Of a DNA stretch of 64,000 bases, positions 50,630-61,251 are shown piece by piece. The notes beneath the pieces are model-generated. The model did not search any database, was not told where the DNA came from, and saw only the letters and a program-made list of their open reading frames with translations. Origin of the DNA: Candidatus Aegiribacteria sp. (GTDB lineage Bacteria; Fermentibacterota; Fermentibacteria; Fermentibacterales; JCC-6); assembly GCA_030610085.1 (NCBI GenBank), contig JAUWSL010000001.1, positions 2,740-66,739 on the forward strand, in the 5' to 3' direction. The position numbers and the translations under genes were made by a program. Positions within the stretch are counted from its first letter, which is position 1; each line of letters opens with the position of its first letter.

Positions 50630-51452
50630 AGACGCGTACGTAATAATAATAGGGGCGATGAAGAGCGGGACCACTTCACTCTATTCGTACCTTGCCAGGC
50701 ATCCTGCGATATGCGAGTGCAGGATAAAAGAGCCGGAGTATTTCACTCAACATCAGAGACATGGGGTCAGGGAGGAAAAGTACGAGGGATTGTGGAATTT
50801 TGATGAAACGGTTCACAGGTACGTACTTGAAGGTTCAACGGGATATACTAAATATCCTCTTGAGAAAGATATTCCGGAAAAGATCAGTGAGTACGGTATC
50901 AGACCCCTGTTCCTCTACATACTCAGGGATCCATTTGAAAGGATCGAATCCCATTACAACGCTGGCCGTTTCAACCCCGAATGGAACCTGTCAATCCTTG
51001 ATGAACACCTGGTTAACGTCAGTAACTATTATTTGCAGCTGCAGCGTTTCAGAGAGTATTTCCCACGCGAACGATTCCTTCTGCTGGATTTCTGTGAGCT
51101 CAGGAATTCACCGGATGATGTATTGCGTAGAATTTACAATTTTCTCAAACTGGACGAGAGTTTCTTCAAAGATCCCTACGACATCAAAAATAAAACCATT
51201 ATCAGTACAAAGTGGGACATAGCCTACAAAAAACTCCTTAGAGCCACAGGGATTAACAGGATTATCCCCGAGTCCCTGAAGAAGGTCTGCCGAAGTAAGC
51301 TCTCAAAAGTACGACCTGTTCAGAGAAGGTTGCTGACCGGGGACGAAAGAGAGAAGATCCACCGTATTCTCGAAGGAGATATGATAAAACTGCAGGATGA
51401 ATACGGATTCGATACAGGTAAATGGGGGTTTGGAACAGACAAAGGTTTATGA
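50613..51452 (+). CDS. PAPS-dependent sulfotransferase
   Basis: IIGAMKSGTTSL (5'-PSB), KEP.YF, LRDP.ER..S.Y (3'-PB). Confidence 0.9.
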   Translation: MSRIPEDAYVIIIGAMKSGTTSLYSYLARHPAICECRIKEPEYFTQHQRHGVREEKYEGLWNFDETVHRYVLEGSTGYTKYPLEKDIPEKISEYGIRPLFLYILRDPFERIESHYNAGRFNPEWNLSILDEHLVNVSNYYLQLQRFREYFPRERFLLLDFCELRNSPDDVLRRIYNFLKLDESFFKDPYDIKNKTIISTKWDIAYKKLLRATGINRIIPESLKKVCRSKLSKVRPVQRRLLTGDEREKIHRILEGDMIKLQDEYGFDTGKWGFGTDKGL

Positions 51453-53036
51453 CATACGATCTTTTCTGGAGAACAACTTCCGTTTAACAGCAACCATGTA
51501 AACTCTGTATGTTGTCGAACCGAGAAGTGCCGTAACCGCAACGTAAAGTGCTATTCCGGGTACAATACCCATAGTCAGATTGAAGATCTTGCTGGCGAGG
51601 CCGGCGTTCAGATCGACTGGAAACAATCTGCACGAAAGTATAAGATATCCGACCATAACCGCGGTTGCCGTAAGAATTCTCAATAATTCAGGAACGAACT
51701 CCGAACCGTTGATACCTCCTAGTTTTTTCCGTAGAAAATACATCTGGAACAGTGTCTTTGCTGTTGATGTCAGGGTAGTTGCCAGAGCAAGCCCCCTTAT
51801 TCCAAGCGGTTGAATGAGAATAATATTGAGTAGAATATTCGCCATCACAGCCCATATGCCAAGGATAACAGGAATACTCGTCTCTTTTATTGAGTAGAAG
51901 GCTCTTCTTACGATCAACCCTATTCCTAACTGGGCAAACCATGGAGAGTAGAACGCCAGTGCATAACCGATGTGCTGAGATTGTTCGGGACCGAAATTGC
52001 CCCTCTGAAAGAGGGTAGATATAAGTGGTACTGAGAGAACCACAAGGATTCCGGAAGCTGGTATGGCGTAATAGGAAATATACTTTATGAAACTTGCTAT
52101 TTCGCTTTTCAGCCTGGGTAAATTATTCTCTGCTGCAGTTTTCGCGAATGAAACCGTTGCCAGAACAATAATAGGCTGAATCAGAACGATCCGTATCAAA
52201 TTCCTTATTCTTGAGGCATAGTCTATTGCTGTTACCGAACTTGACCTGAGGAATGAAGCCAGGACCTTATCCGCTGCAGGACCAAGAAAACCAGTAATAA
52301 CACCGATTATGATGGGTACAGCCAGTCTTACCATCTCCCTGAAATCACCATCTCGAGGATCGATCACCATCTGGTAGCGCAGGTGGAGACGCAGAGAGAT
52401 AACTGCAGATATAGAGAATGATGCAATGGCCCCGATTACACCGGATATGGGTATTACCATAATTCCAAGACTTTCGTGCCCCATAAGGACAACTATATAT
52501 GAGACAATAATCTGAAAGACTCGGACAAAACTGACGAGACCATACCTTTTCCCGTAGATCATGAAGTTATGCAAAATGCCTTCGATGGAGTTAAGGAAGA
52601 TCACGGGAAGGAATATTATCAGTACCTCACCGGCAAGGATAGCTGTGCTTCCCTCGACTCCCGGACCAATAATTCTGACAATTGATGACCCGAATAAAAG
52701 CACAGCGCCTATAAGAATTCCACCCGATATGGACATCCAGTTGATTATTCTGCTGATCAGGCGATTTGCAGCAGCATCTCCTTTGTCGAGCATTACTTTT
52801 GAATAGATAGGCATGAATGCCGCGCCGAAAGCAGTGGAGATTACCTGCTGGAGAAGAATAGGGATCACCATTGCAATTGAAATAGCGTCTGTCTGCCAGG
52901 TGGTGCCGAAGATCTGTGCTATTTCCGCAAACCGTAGATAAGTAACCAGAGCGATGAGAAGATTCCCGATCGAAAGAAGCGAGAACCCGGCTCCCTTACC
53001 CTTTTTACCTCCCAGCCAGCCCAGAACTCTAATCAA
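51447..53036 (-). CDS. MurJ/MviN-family (MOP) lipid-linked glycan flippase
   Basis: A..FG....DA, AF.P.Y, YA.R, LFQRG.F, RAFY, GLALAT; ~14 TM. Confidence 0.85.
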   Translation of the reverse strand: MIRVLGWLGGKKGKGAGFSLLSIGNLLIALVTYLRFAEIAQIFGTTWQTDAISIAMVIPILLQQVISTAFGAAFMPIYSKVMLDKGDAAANRLISRIINWMSISGGILIGAVLLFGSSIVRIIGPGVEGSTAILAGEVLIIFLPVIFLNSIEGILHNFMIYGKRYGLVSFVRVFQIIVSYIVVLMGHESLGIMVIPISGVIGAIASFSISAVISLRLHLRYQMVIDPRDGDFREMVRLAVPIIIGVITGFLGPAADKVLASFLRSSSVTAIDYASRIRNLIRIVLIQPIIVLATVSFAKTAAENNLPRLKSEIASFIKYISYYAIPASGILVVLSVPLISTLFQRGNFGPEQSQHIGYALAFYSPWFAQLGIGLIVRRAFYSIKETSIPVILGIWAVMANILLNIILIQPLGIRGLALATTLTSTAKTLFQMYFLRKKLGGINGSEFVPELLRILTATAVMVGYLILSCRLFPVDLNAGLASKIFNLTMGIVPGIALYVAVTALLGSTTYRVYMVAVKRKLFSRKDRMS

Positions 53037-53072
53037 GAAATTCCTTTCGGGTATGCGTTCATTGTGATACCG

Positions 53073-54179
53073 TCAGTCCACTGCTTTCTCATAGACTTCC
53101 AGCGTTTTTAGTGCGGTTTCCCTCCAGGAGAAACAGCCAGCTCTCTCAAGCCCCCTCTGCGAAAGACTCTCTCTTAACTCACTACTGCTGCTGAGGAGAT
53201 TAATACCATCTGAAATTGAATCAACCGAAAGGGGATCAACAAGAAAAGCTGAATCTCCAGATATTTCCGGCATCGATGAAACATTTGAAGTTATTACCGG
53301 AGTACCGCATGCCATGGCTTCCAGTATCGGGAAACCGAAGCCCTCAAGTATAGAGGGGTAAACAAGAAATTCAGCGGAGGACAGCAGTGCCGGCAGGTGG
53401 TCATCTTCAACGTATCCAGTAAGGTGTATTCTGTCTCGGTTGGGATGATCGGATATCAGCTTCAGCAGCTTTTCGTACTTCCACCCGAGTCCACCGGTGA
53501 TAACCAGGGAATGCGGGATGCTGGAGCATGAAAGAGAGAATGCCTCAAGAAGTCTCTTTATGTTTTTTCTGGGTTCAAGTGTGCCCAGGAAGAGCAGGAA
53601 ACGAGATGGAAGACCGTAAAGATTCACAACCGATTCAAGGGAGGCACGGCAGGTTATCCTCCGGAATCTGTCGGAGATGCCAAGGTGTACTACATTGATC
53701 TTATGGGCAGCCCATGGAAAAAGCCTTTCAAGTTCTGAGGCTGAAAAGAAGGAATCCGTCAGTATCTGACGGGCTTTCCGAAGATGCGCCGGGAAAAACC
53801 TGCCGGATAGAGCAGACCTGAACCTGTGGACACCGGGATTCGTAAAATTAGAGAGATCGTGCACGGTTATTACTCCAGGTACAGGCAGGACGAATGGAAG
53901 CGGGTAGACCGGGTCATGAAAAAGCTGCACTCCATCGTTCTTCAGGCGTATCGGCAGGCCGATCTGATACCACAATTGCAGATGGCGAGAAGGAAAGGGA
54001 ACGATAACCGTTCTGAATCTGCCGGGAAGGTCCAGTTCAAAGGGTATAGGTCGATTTGTATAAAGAATGTACTCATTCTGATTATCCACATCTGCAAGAG
54101 CTTTAAGAAGGTTTAGTATGTAGTTTGGAATTCCAGCCCTCAGAACTGTAAGAGGAGAGATTTTCATACCTATTCTCAT
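53073..54179 (-). CDS. Glycosyltransferase family 4
   Basis: [29 protein letters not shown]. Confidence 0.93.
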   Translation of the reverse strand: MRIGMKISPLTVLRAGIPNYILNLLKALADVDNQNEYILYTNRPIPFELDLPGRFRTVIVPFPSRHLQLWYQIGLPIRLKNDGVQLFHDPVYPLPFVLPVPGVITVHDLSNFTNPGVHRFRSALSGRFFPAHLRKARQILTDSFFSASELERLFPWAAHKINVVHLGISDRFRRITCRASLESVVNLYGLPSRFLLFLGTLEPRKNIKRLLEAFSLSCSSIPHSLVITGGLGWKYEKLLKLISDHPNRDRIHLTGYVEDDHLPALLSSAEFLVYPSILEGFGFPILEAMACGTPVITSNVSSMPEISGDSAFLVDPLSVDSISDGINLLSSSSELRESLSQRGLERAGCFSWRETALKTLEVYEKAVD

Positions 54180-54455
54180 ATATGATGCTGCCTTTTCTAT
54201 TCTGTAACGGAGAAAAGGTTCGGCAGGGAAAAACACCTGCGTTCCATTTCCTTAAGAAGCACTAAATTTTAATATAACATCACTCGAGCTAAGGTAGTTA
54301 CCGACCCCCTGCATCAGAGAAACTGTGCAAAAATGCACGCAGGACTTCAATCTGGTGATTCAGTATATATCACCATAAATTCGATATTTATTTAGGGCAG
54401 TTCAACGGAATACATCCTGAGGTTAACGAAGAAAAATTTCATAGGGAGAGATTAT

Positions 54456-55574
54456 TTGCGCATAGGATTGGAAATTTCACCGCTGGCCATTAATGCTTCG
54501 GGAATACCGAATTACATATTCAGGCTGCTTCATGGGTTCGCTTCAATCGATACGGAGAACCAGTACTTTCTTTACACGAACAGACCGGTTCCCTTTGACC
54601 TTGGACTACCGGGTAATTTCAGCACCATAATTCTCAAAAAACCGCTTCCCCGCTTTCAACTGTGGTTTCAGATTGAGCTTCCACTGAGACTGAGAAAAGA
54701 TGGGATCGATGTTTTCCATGGTCTGTTTTCCCGCCTGCCCTTTGTGCTTCCCGTGCCTGGAGTGATTACCGTTCATGATCTTTCGGGGTACAAGATGCCC
54801 CGGTTTCACAAGAGAAAGACGCATTTCACTAACCTCATGTACCCCTTTTTCGTGAAAAAGGCTTCTCGGATAATCGCTGTCTCCGAGTTCACTGCGAAAG
54901 AGCTTGGATCCTGCTTACCAGAAGCATCAGGCAAGACGTCTGTAATCCATGAGGCAGCTCCGCTGGAATACTCCGAAGTAACAGATGAATCTGAACTTAA
55001 CAGAATCAGTCAGAAATACAGTCTGCCACGCCGGTTTTTTCTTTTCCTCGGAACCCTCGAACCAAGGAAGAACCTGCCAGGCTTGCTGGAAGCCTTCCTG
55101 AGGGAAGCCGATTCAATCCCCCATTCACTTGTTATCTCGGGAGCTATAGGATGGAAAACGGAAGAGTTCTTCAATAATCTGAAAGTGTCCGCCAGTAAGG
55201 ATAAAGTAAAACTGACAGGGTTCGTTGATAAAGAGGATATTCCCGCTCTTCTGTCGCTTGCAGAGGTTTTCATATATCCATCCCTTTACGAGGGATTCGG
55301 TCTTCCCATCCTTGAGGCAATGGCATGTGGCACCCCTGTAATAACTTCAGATGCCGCATCGATGCCGGAAATTGCCGGAGATGCTGCACTGCTGGTTGAT
55401 CCCCGGTCAACGGAAAGTATTTCCAATGCCATCAGTACCCTTGCCAATGATGAAGAAAAAAGGGTATTGATGCGCGCAAAGGGACTGCAAAGGGCAAGCG
55501 AGTTCAGCTGGGAGGTAACCGCAGAGAGAACTCTTGAAGTATACAGGCAGGCAATATTGAAAGAGAAGATCTGA
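54456..55574 (+). CDS. Glycosyltransferase family 4 (paralog of 53073)
   Basis: [31 protein letters not shown]. Confidence 0.93.
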   Translation: MRIGLEISPLAINASGIPNYIFRLLHGFASIDTENQYFLYTNRPVPFDLGLPGNFSTIILKKPLPRFQLWFQIELPLRLRKDGIDVFHGLFSRLPFVLPVPGVITVHDLSGYKMPRFHKRKTHFTNLMYPFFVKKASRIIAVSEFTAKELGSCLPEASGKTSVIHEAAPLEYSEVTDESELNRISQKYSLPRRFFLFLGTLEPRKNLPGLLEAFLREADSIPHSLVISGAIGWKTEEFFNNLKVSASKDKVKLTGFVDKEDIPALLSLAEVFIYPSLYEGFGLPILEAMACGTPVITSDAASMPEIAGDAALLVDPRSTESISNAISTLANDEEKRVLMRAKGLQRASEFSWEVTAERTLEVYRQAILKEKI

Positions 55575-56612
55575 ATGAGAATTCTGATAGCTTCCACAGG
55601 AACTATTCCGGGATACTCCGGAGGATGGACAACAACCCTTGACCTGCTCGAAGACAGTCATCAGTCCATGTACGTCATATCCGATGTGAAGCCAGGTCTG
55701 CACAGCATGGAAGGTGTAACATATCTGGGGCTGGGTCTTGGGCGGGTAGACAGCAAGGCATCTCTGCTTCCAGACCGCCTTGCTGGTCTGCTAAGAAAAG
55801 CTCTTATTCCATCCGCTGTAAAGTGGGCTTTCAGAAAATTCGACGCTGATTTTGTCATGTGCCTGGATGAAGCCATGGGTTTCCCGATACAGAAAACCGG
55901 TTTACCGTACGCCATGAGGTTTCACAGAAAGGTGGAGCCTGCTGTAATAGGTGCTCCACTGGAGAATCTGCTCGCGGGAGCCCTCTTTTCCACAGCTACT
56001 CCCGGCGCGGATATCCCGGGGGTGGAAGTGATTCCTCATAATCAGGATCTGTCACGCTTCAGTTTCGCTCCCGCCGTAAAACCTGAAAGAGCTTTACTCC
56101 TTACCAGTATAAATGAAGCGCATGAACCAGATCTTTTCATTGAGGGAATATGCCTTTCCAGGAGTATGAAAGGGGATATCATAGGAACCGGTCCTTCAAG
56201 AAAGAGAATCGAGAAAAGCTGCCGCAGCACAGGAGGAAAGGTTCGCTGCCTGAAACCGATTCCGAGGCTGCAGCTGGGACAGCTTTCAGGTCAGTATCAG
56301 GTAGGTGTAGCGACACTGATCAGGCGTGACAGGGTAGTATATCAGATGAAGGTTAACATGTACCTGGCCTGCGGAATGCATACAATTGTCAAGCCGTATA
56401 CGCACATAGTCAGGGAAGCTCCCGAGCTTGTTGATACTTTTTCTACTCCCGGTGAACTTGCGGACAGACTTGATGAAACTGCCCGGAAGTGGAGGGAACT
56501 TGAACCAAGGCGGCGGAGGGCAAGGGAGTGGGTTATGGAAAACTATTCTGTTGAGATTTCGAGGAAGCGGTTCAGGGAGATTTTGAAAAATATATTCAGC
56601 GATGGTACTTGA
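55575..56612 (+). CDS. Divergent GT-B glycosyltransferase-like protein
   Basis: MRILI..GG start, IG.GP, K...YLACG, Y(S) C-terminal helix. Confidence 0.6.
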   Translation: MRILIASTGTIPGYSGGWTTTLDLLEDSHQSMYVISDVKPGLHSMEGVTYLGLGLGRVDSKASLLPDRLAGLLRKALIPSAVKWAFRKFDADFVMCLDEAMGFPIQKTGLPYAMRFHRKVEPAVIGAPLENLLAGALFSTATPGADIPGVEVIPHNQDLSRFSFAPAVKPERALLLTSINEAHEPDLFIEGICLSRSMKGDIIGTGPSRKRIEKSCRSTGGKVRCLKPIPRLQLGQLSGQYQVGVATLIRRDRVVYQMKVNMYLACGMHTIVKPYTHIVREAPELVDTFSTPGELADRLDETARKWRELEPRRRRAREWVMENYSVEISRKRFREILKNIFSDGT

Positions 56613-56631
56613 ATCATGTATTGCATGAGCG

Positions 56632-57474
56632 ATGTTGAGAGCGGAGGAAGAAATCTACATTACTGACAGGATCGCCTATCTGCGGCTCCAGAAAACGGGC
56701 AGTTCTCACGTATTACGAGCGCTGAAAATGACCTGCCCCGGTCAGCAGGGGGAAATGCATGGGAGGCTTCCCGAATCTATTCTGAGCAGCGATCGTATCG
56801 TAGCTGCCTCTGTAAGGAATCCCTGGGACTGGTACGTATCCGTCTGGGCGTACGGATGTGACGGTGAAGGTGTACTTTTTGACAGGCTGACCGGTCCAAG
56901 GCAAATCCTTGGCCATGGCTACCGGAAGTCGCTCCTCACGGGTATGTCTAACTTCATGCACGAATTTCTGCGCTCCCGCCGACCCTGGCGCGAGACCTAC
57001 TCAGATTCTTCATCACCTGCTCTGTTCAGGCGGTGGCTCACAGCCTTGCTGGATCCACAGAGGAGCCGGGAGCTCGGAGAGTCTTTCGGAAGATCTTCTT
57101 TAAGCCGGTTTGCCGGTTTCTATACTTACCGATACTGCTGGTTATTCCACCGCACAGTGGAGCATCTTTACAATGGAAGCGTCCATGACCAGGAGACGCT
57201 CCAGGAGGCAGATCGTAAGCTGAATATCGTCCAGCACATGCTACAGACGGAAAAACTGACTGATGGAATCCTGGAGCTGCTTGAAACTGCGGGAATCAAT
57301 ATCGATCCCCGTTCGAGAAATGAAATCGTTGCGATGAACAGAACCAACCCTTCTTCCAGAAAGAAGGATTATTCCTTTTATTATGACAGAGCTTCCTCAG
57401 ATCTGGTAGGTAACAGGGACGCTCTGATAGTAAAAAAATATGGCTACAGGCCACCTGAGATTAAACCAGTCTGA
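56632..57474 (+). CDS. Sulfotransferase-like protein
   Basis: LQKTGSS and VRNPWDWYVS motifs, C-terminal Y..YY...D......GY. Confidence 0.72.
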   Translation: MLRAEEEIYITDRIAYLRLQKTGSSHVLRALKMTCPGQQGEMHGRLPESILSSDRIVAASVRNPWDWYVSVWAYGCDGEGVLFDRLTGPRQILGHGYRKSLLTGMSNFMHEFLRSRRPWRETYSDSSSPALFRRWLTALLDPQRSRELGESFGRSSLSRFAGFYTYRYCWLFHRTVEHLYNGSVHDQETLQEADRKLNIVQHMLQTEKLTDGILELLETAGINIDPRSRNEIVAMNRTNPSSRKKDYSFYYDRASSDLVGNRDALIVKKYGYRPPEIKPV

Positions 57475-59563
57475 GTTTTTCAAGGGAAGCGATTCTCCAC
57501 TCTCTATTGTTATCCCCGGGAAGTACCACCATATCTCCGAGGGTTTTTCCCAGAAGAACTTTCCCGAGGGGCGCCAGGTAGTTGATTCTTCCATTTTCCG
57601 GATCCGCATCCAGCGGGCCTACAATATCAATTATCTGCACCGTTTCCGCTCCGCCGCTTTCCTGGATCTGTACCCTTATACCCGGGCTGACAATGTCCAG
57701 ATTGATCTCATCCTGCGGATAAACCCGGTACCTCTGAAGTTCCTTATTCCATCTGTTAATCTTATCCAGCAGCAGATCTCTCTTTTCTATCGCCGCGGTG
57801 TATTCCGCATTCTCCGAAAGGTCTCCGTGGGAGGCGGCCACTCCTATGGCTTCGGCTGCGGCTGGTATCTCTTTCTGCTTCAGCCTCAGGATGTCGGTTT
57901 CCAGCTGTTCGATGGCTTCGGGGCTTGAGAAAAGTGCATCCGATTCCCAGAAATGCTTCTTCGCAGGTTTTCCAATGGAGGAACTTTTTCTGCGTGATAT
58001 CTCCCTTAGCACAAGGAGACAAAGTCCCTCATTCTGAGCTGTGGCGCTCGTATTGAAACTATCATGGTAGTTACTGAGTTTTCTTGTATCAAGTGAGGAG
58101 AGGTAAGCGTCAAGCTTCGGTCTCAGGGTACCCATAAGAAGACCGATCACCTTCTTCTGTGTATCAGCGCTTGAGAATATCAGGTTATCAAGGAAGAGAC
58201 CCGTCTGATTATCTCCAAGGCTTTCATTCCACTGATCCCCGCGTGAAGCAAGAAATGTAAGGGTCCAGAGGAATCTGTCAGTTTTCGATGGCTTTGAGAG
58301 ATAATCACCCATGCACTCCGAAAGAAGCTCGGGGTCGGATCTCTCCAGAAAGGCAGCTGCATGTTCCCAGAGCGGACGTCTGAGTCCCGAGAGCAACCTT
58401 ATTTTTTCCACTCGTTCGGTTTGGTCTGAGAAAAAGAGCTCAAGATAATCCTTCCTGCATGCCGCAGAACGGATTTCTCCCAGGGCTCTCTCCCCTCTGG
58501 CGGCGGTGTGTTCCAGTAGATCGTGCTTAATATCCGTGAAATTGCCGGACGTGCCTCTGTTGCTGAGGATCCAGGAAAGTTCAAACAGAGAGCCTGTTTC
58601 AGGGCTTGCAGAGCTGCGCACATCATTCAGCAGTTCTGTCAATCCATCCGGGGGGGTGCTGCAGCAGGATTTCAGAAGAGCCTGAACCTCTTTCACTTTT
58701 TCTCGGGCAGGTACTTTCCGCCTGTTGATGATCTTCCTTACCCTCTCAAGGAACTCCACATTTTCATCCATAAGTGCGATACGGTCACCAAGATCAACGA
58801 ATCCCTCGGTTGAAGCCGATGTTTTCCTGAGAATTTTCCATGCTTCGCCCACTGTGAATTCGGAGCCGGAGAAAAAAGCGGGCAGGTCCTGGATGCATAT
58901 CTCACCTGGATTCTCCAGTGGTTCTGCAGCGAGTCTTTCAAGAAACTCGGAAGGAGATTCCCTGAAAAGACGGGAAAATTCATCCAGATTTCTCCAGGAG
59001 AGGACCGCAAGGGAATTGGAAGCCAGCGGTCTTGTGGATTCAAGGGTGACATTCAGTTTCATGTCATGGTTCTGAGCCGTCTTAAAATCGATAGTTACAT
59101 GAGTTCGGCTCATTCTTGTTATCTGTCCGACACCGAAGGTGCCATGGTACAGATAGCCGTCTTTTCTGTACTTCATGAGCGATTTGAATACCTGCCATGA
59201 CGACTGCACATCGGTATTTTCTTTCTTGAGTCCGCTGAGTTTCAGAAATTGCTCCAGGGGTTGAAACATCAGGTTTTCATCCCTGAGCACTTCAACAAGA
59301 GCTTTCCTTAAAGGCTCTGATCTCCGGAATAATTCCGCCGCTTTGAATAGAAAATTCGAAAAAATATCTTCAGCATCGATTTCCTTCTCGGTAATTATCA
59401 ATTCAAGAAGTTCTGCGGCGAGGTCATCCTCTCCATTATTAAGAAGAATAGAGAAGGCGGCGATCATTTCATCGTACGAGGTATCGCCGTCGAGGGTTTC
59501 AATCCAAAGGTCAGTAAGGGCATCGTAATCACAGGCACTTGCGGCATCGAGAATTTTGGACAA
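57461..59563 (-). CDS. greA: GreA/GreB transcription cleavage factor with long N-terminal extension (~700 aa)
   Basis: C-terminal HGDLSENAEY, IVGP.DAD....I.Y.APLG..LLGK; AGGAGG RBS before TTG 59563. Confidence 0.85.
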   Translation of the reverse strand: MSKILDAASACDYDALTDLWIETLDGDTSYDEMIAAFSILLNNGEDDLAAELLELIITEKEIDAEDIFSNFLFKAAELFRRSEPLRKALVEVLRDENLMFQPLEQFLKLSGLKKENTDVQSSWQVFKSLMKYRKDGYLYHGTFGVGQITRMSRTHVTIDFKTAQNHDMKLNVTLESTRPLASNSLAVLSWRNLDEFSRLFRESPSEFLERLAAEPLENPGEICIQDLPAFFSGSEFTVGEAWKILRKTSASTEGFVDLGDRIALMDENVEFLERVRKIINRRKVPAREKVKEVQALLKSCCSTPPDGLTELLNDVRSSASPETGSLFELSWILSNRGTSGNFTDIKHDLLEHTAARGERALGEIRSAACRKDYLELFFSDQTERVEKIRLLSGLRRPLWEHAAAFLERSDPELLSECMGDYLSKPSKTDRFLWTLTFLASRGDQWNESLGDNQTGLFLDNLIFSSADTQKKVIGLLMGTLRPKLDAYLSSLDTRKLSNYHDSFNTSATAQNEGLCLLVLREISRRKSSSIGKPAKKHFWESDALFSSPEAIEQLETDILRLKQKEIPAAAEAIGVAASHGDLSENAEYTAAIEKRDLLLDKINRWNKELQRYRVYPQDEINLDIVSPGIRVQIQESGGAETVQIIDIVGPLDADPENGRINYLAPLGKVLLGKTLGDMVVLPGDNNREWRIASLEKLRLV

Positions 59564-59633
59564 TCTTCCTCCTGTCTGAGAAACAATAATATACTGCGTA
59601 GAGCGCAGTACAAGGATGGCAGGAGGAAGAAAC

Positions 59634-60533
59634 TTGAGTAAAAAAAATGATGATTCCGAAAAAAAACTCAACAGAAGACAGTTTCTGGGAAAGGCCGGTA
59701 AACTGGGAGGAGCCGATTTTCTTTCTTCCTTTGCCGGAAAAGCACTTGCCGGGGAGTGGGAACAGGGAATGGAAGAATTCTGGACAGAGGGTACGTTCAA
59801 ACAGGATACAGTTGACGCTTCGAGGGAAGCTGAGGGAATTGTCAGGGCGTTCATTGATGGAAGATGGGAGGAATTCCGTACATTAGAGCTGCCTCAGCCT
59901 TTTATGGACTGGAACCTTTCCGCCCGCCTGGAAGTGCTTGAGAACATATCCCTGATGTTCAGCGGAGAGGGAGGTTCTCCCCCTTCCCTTGCGGGGCCTC
60001 ACAATGCGGCGATGGCGACCTGGGGTGGAAGCAGGGCGGACAGCAGACTGGAGATAAACAACGCTTTCAAGGGGATGGGTCTGTGTCCCAGGAGGTTGAT
60101 CATCAAGGACCTTCTTGCCCGGATGGAAGAGTTAATGTCCGGTGGTATGGGTCCGAGACTGCAGTATCTCACAGATCTCTATTCGGATGCCGCAAATTTC
60201 GACCTGACGAAAATGATTTCCCTGGAACTTTACAGCACCCAGGAATTTGAAACCCACACTTTCATCAATCTTATGGAACGCCCTACAACATCACTCGTGT
60301 TCCTGGATAACAAGTCATACGAGGTCAGAGGCATTGGTCAGCTTGTGGCTCCAGGTGATACCGAAGCTGGAGATTATGCGGTTGATATCGTGAAGTATAC
60401 TAATATGGCCCACACCCTCTTTCACGGAGATTTTCCGAGGCTGTATCCAGGGATTCTGGTTCATGTCACCGCTGTGTTCGACAATACGCCGGGTTCAGGT
60501 CGCGGAGTAAGGATAGCGCCGCCGCTGGTATAG
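59634..60533 (+). CDS. Hypothetical protein with twin-arginine signal, possible split-barrel (PNPOx-like) C-terminal domain
   Basis: NRRQFLGK...ALA; ELY......HTF.NL...P..SLVF....SYEVRG pattern. Confidence 0.6.
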   Translation: MSKKNDDSEKKLNRRQFLGKAGKLGGADFLSSFAGKALAGEWEQGMEEFWTEGTFKQDTVDASREAEGIVRAFIDGRWEEFRTLELPQPFMDWNLSARLEVLENISLMFSGEGGSPPSLAGPHNAAMATWGGSRADSRLEINNAFKGMGLCPRRLIIKDLLARMEELMSGGMGPRLQYLTDLYSDAANFDLTKMISLELYSTQEFETHTFINLMERPTTSLVFLDNKSYEVRGIGQLVAPGDTEAGDYAVDIVKYTNMAHTLFHGDFPRLYPGILVHVTAVFDNTPGSGRGVRIAPPLV

Positions 60534-60558
60534 CATGCATCCTGGAAACTGACTGCCC

Positions 60559-61251
60559 GTGGATATTGTAAGACTGACCGACGGGGCCGTTCCCCGGATG
60601 TACTTTGTGGATCTTGATGGAACACTTCTGTCAATATCTTCGGAGAAGTACTTTCTGAAACATCTTGTTAAAAAAGGGATACTGGCTCCGGCAGCTTTCC
60701 TCAGATTTCTTTCCTTTTATGTTCTCCACCCTGGAAAGACGATCCGTGAGGGAAAGGGATGGAACAGAAATTATCTTACAGGTATTCCTCCCGAAGTGAT
60801 AAAACGGGAAGCGAAAGACTGCTCGGACATCCTTCTGAAGAGTTCTATCCGCGACTGGACGCTGCAGTCTATACACGAACTGAAGAATGCGGGATGCGAA
60901 ACGGTCCTTCTTTCCGCCTCACTGAGATACATCGCGTCCGGCATAGCTGAGAAAATCCCCGTTGATTACGTTCAGGCAAGTGTCCCGGAGATATTGAACG
61001 GAAAATTCTCAGGGCAATTGAACGGCCTGCGTCCCTGGGGAATGAACAAGGTGGTACTGATGCGGAGAATCTGTGAGCAGAAAGGGGTGCTCCCGGAGAA
61101 TTGTGCATCCGCGGGAGATTCCTGGAGCGACAGGTTCATAATGAGAGAGAGCGGCCGTTCCGTTGCCGTTTGCCCTGACAGGAAATTGAGAAAACTGGCT
61201 TTAAGTAAAAGGTGGAGAATCGTGGAGGGCAGGCACACGAAGTGGGCATAA
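60559..61251 (+). CDS. HAD-IB family phosphatase
   Basis: DLDGTL, LSAS, K, GDS.SD motifs. Confidence 0.88.
   Translation: MDIVRLTDGAVPRMYFVDLDGTLLSISSEKYFLKHLVKKGILAPAAFLRFLSFYVLHPGKTIREGKGWNRNYLTGIPPEVIKREAKDCSDILLKSSIRDWTLQSIHELKNAGCETVLLSASLRYIASGIAEKIPVDYVQASVPEILNGKFSGQLNGLRPWGMNKVVLMRRICEQKGVLPENCASAGDSWSDRFIMRESGRSVAVCPDRKLRKLALSKRWRIVEGRHTKWA

Noticed and set aside
54285..54305. AAGGTAG resembling an ops/JUMPstart element
   Set aside because: Lacks the GGCGGTAG core.
39343..59854. Long N-terminal extensions in track ORFs (dgkA to 39567, PAP2 to 40258, GT2 to 43946, greA to 59854)
   Set aside because: Better downstream canonical starts exist, mostly with an RBS or stop-start coupling, unlike the rnpA case.
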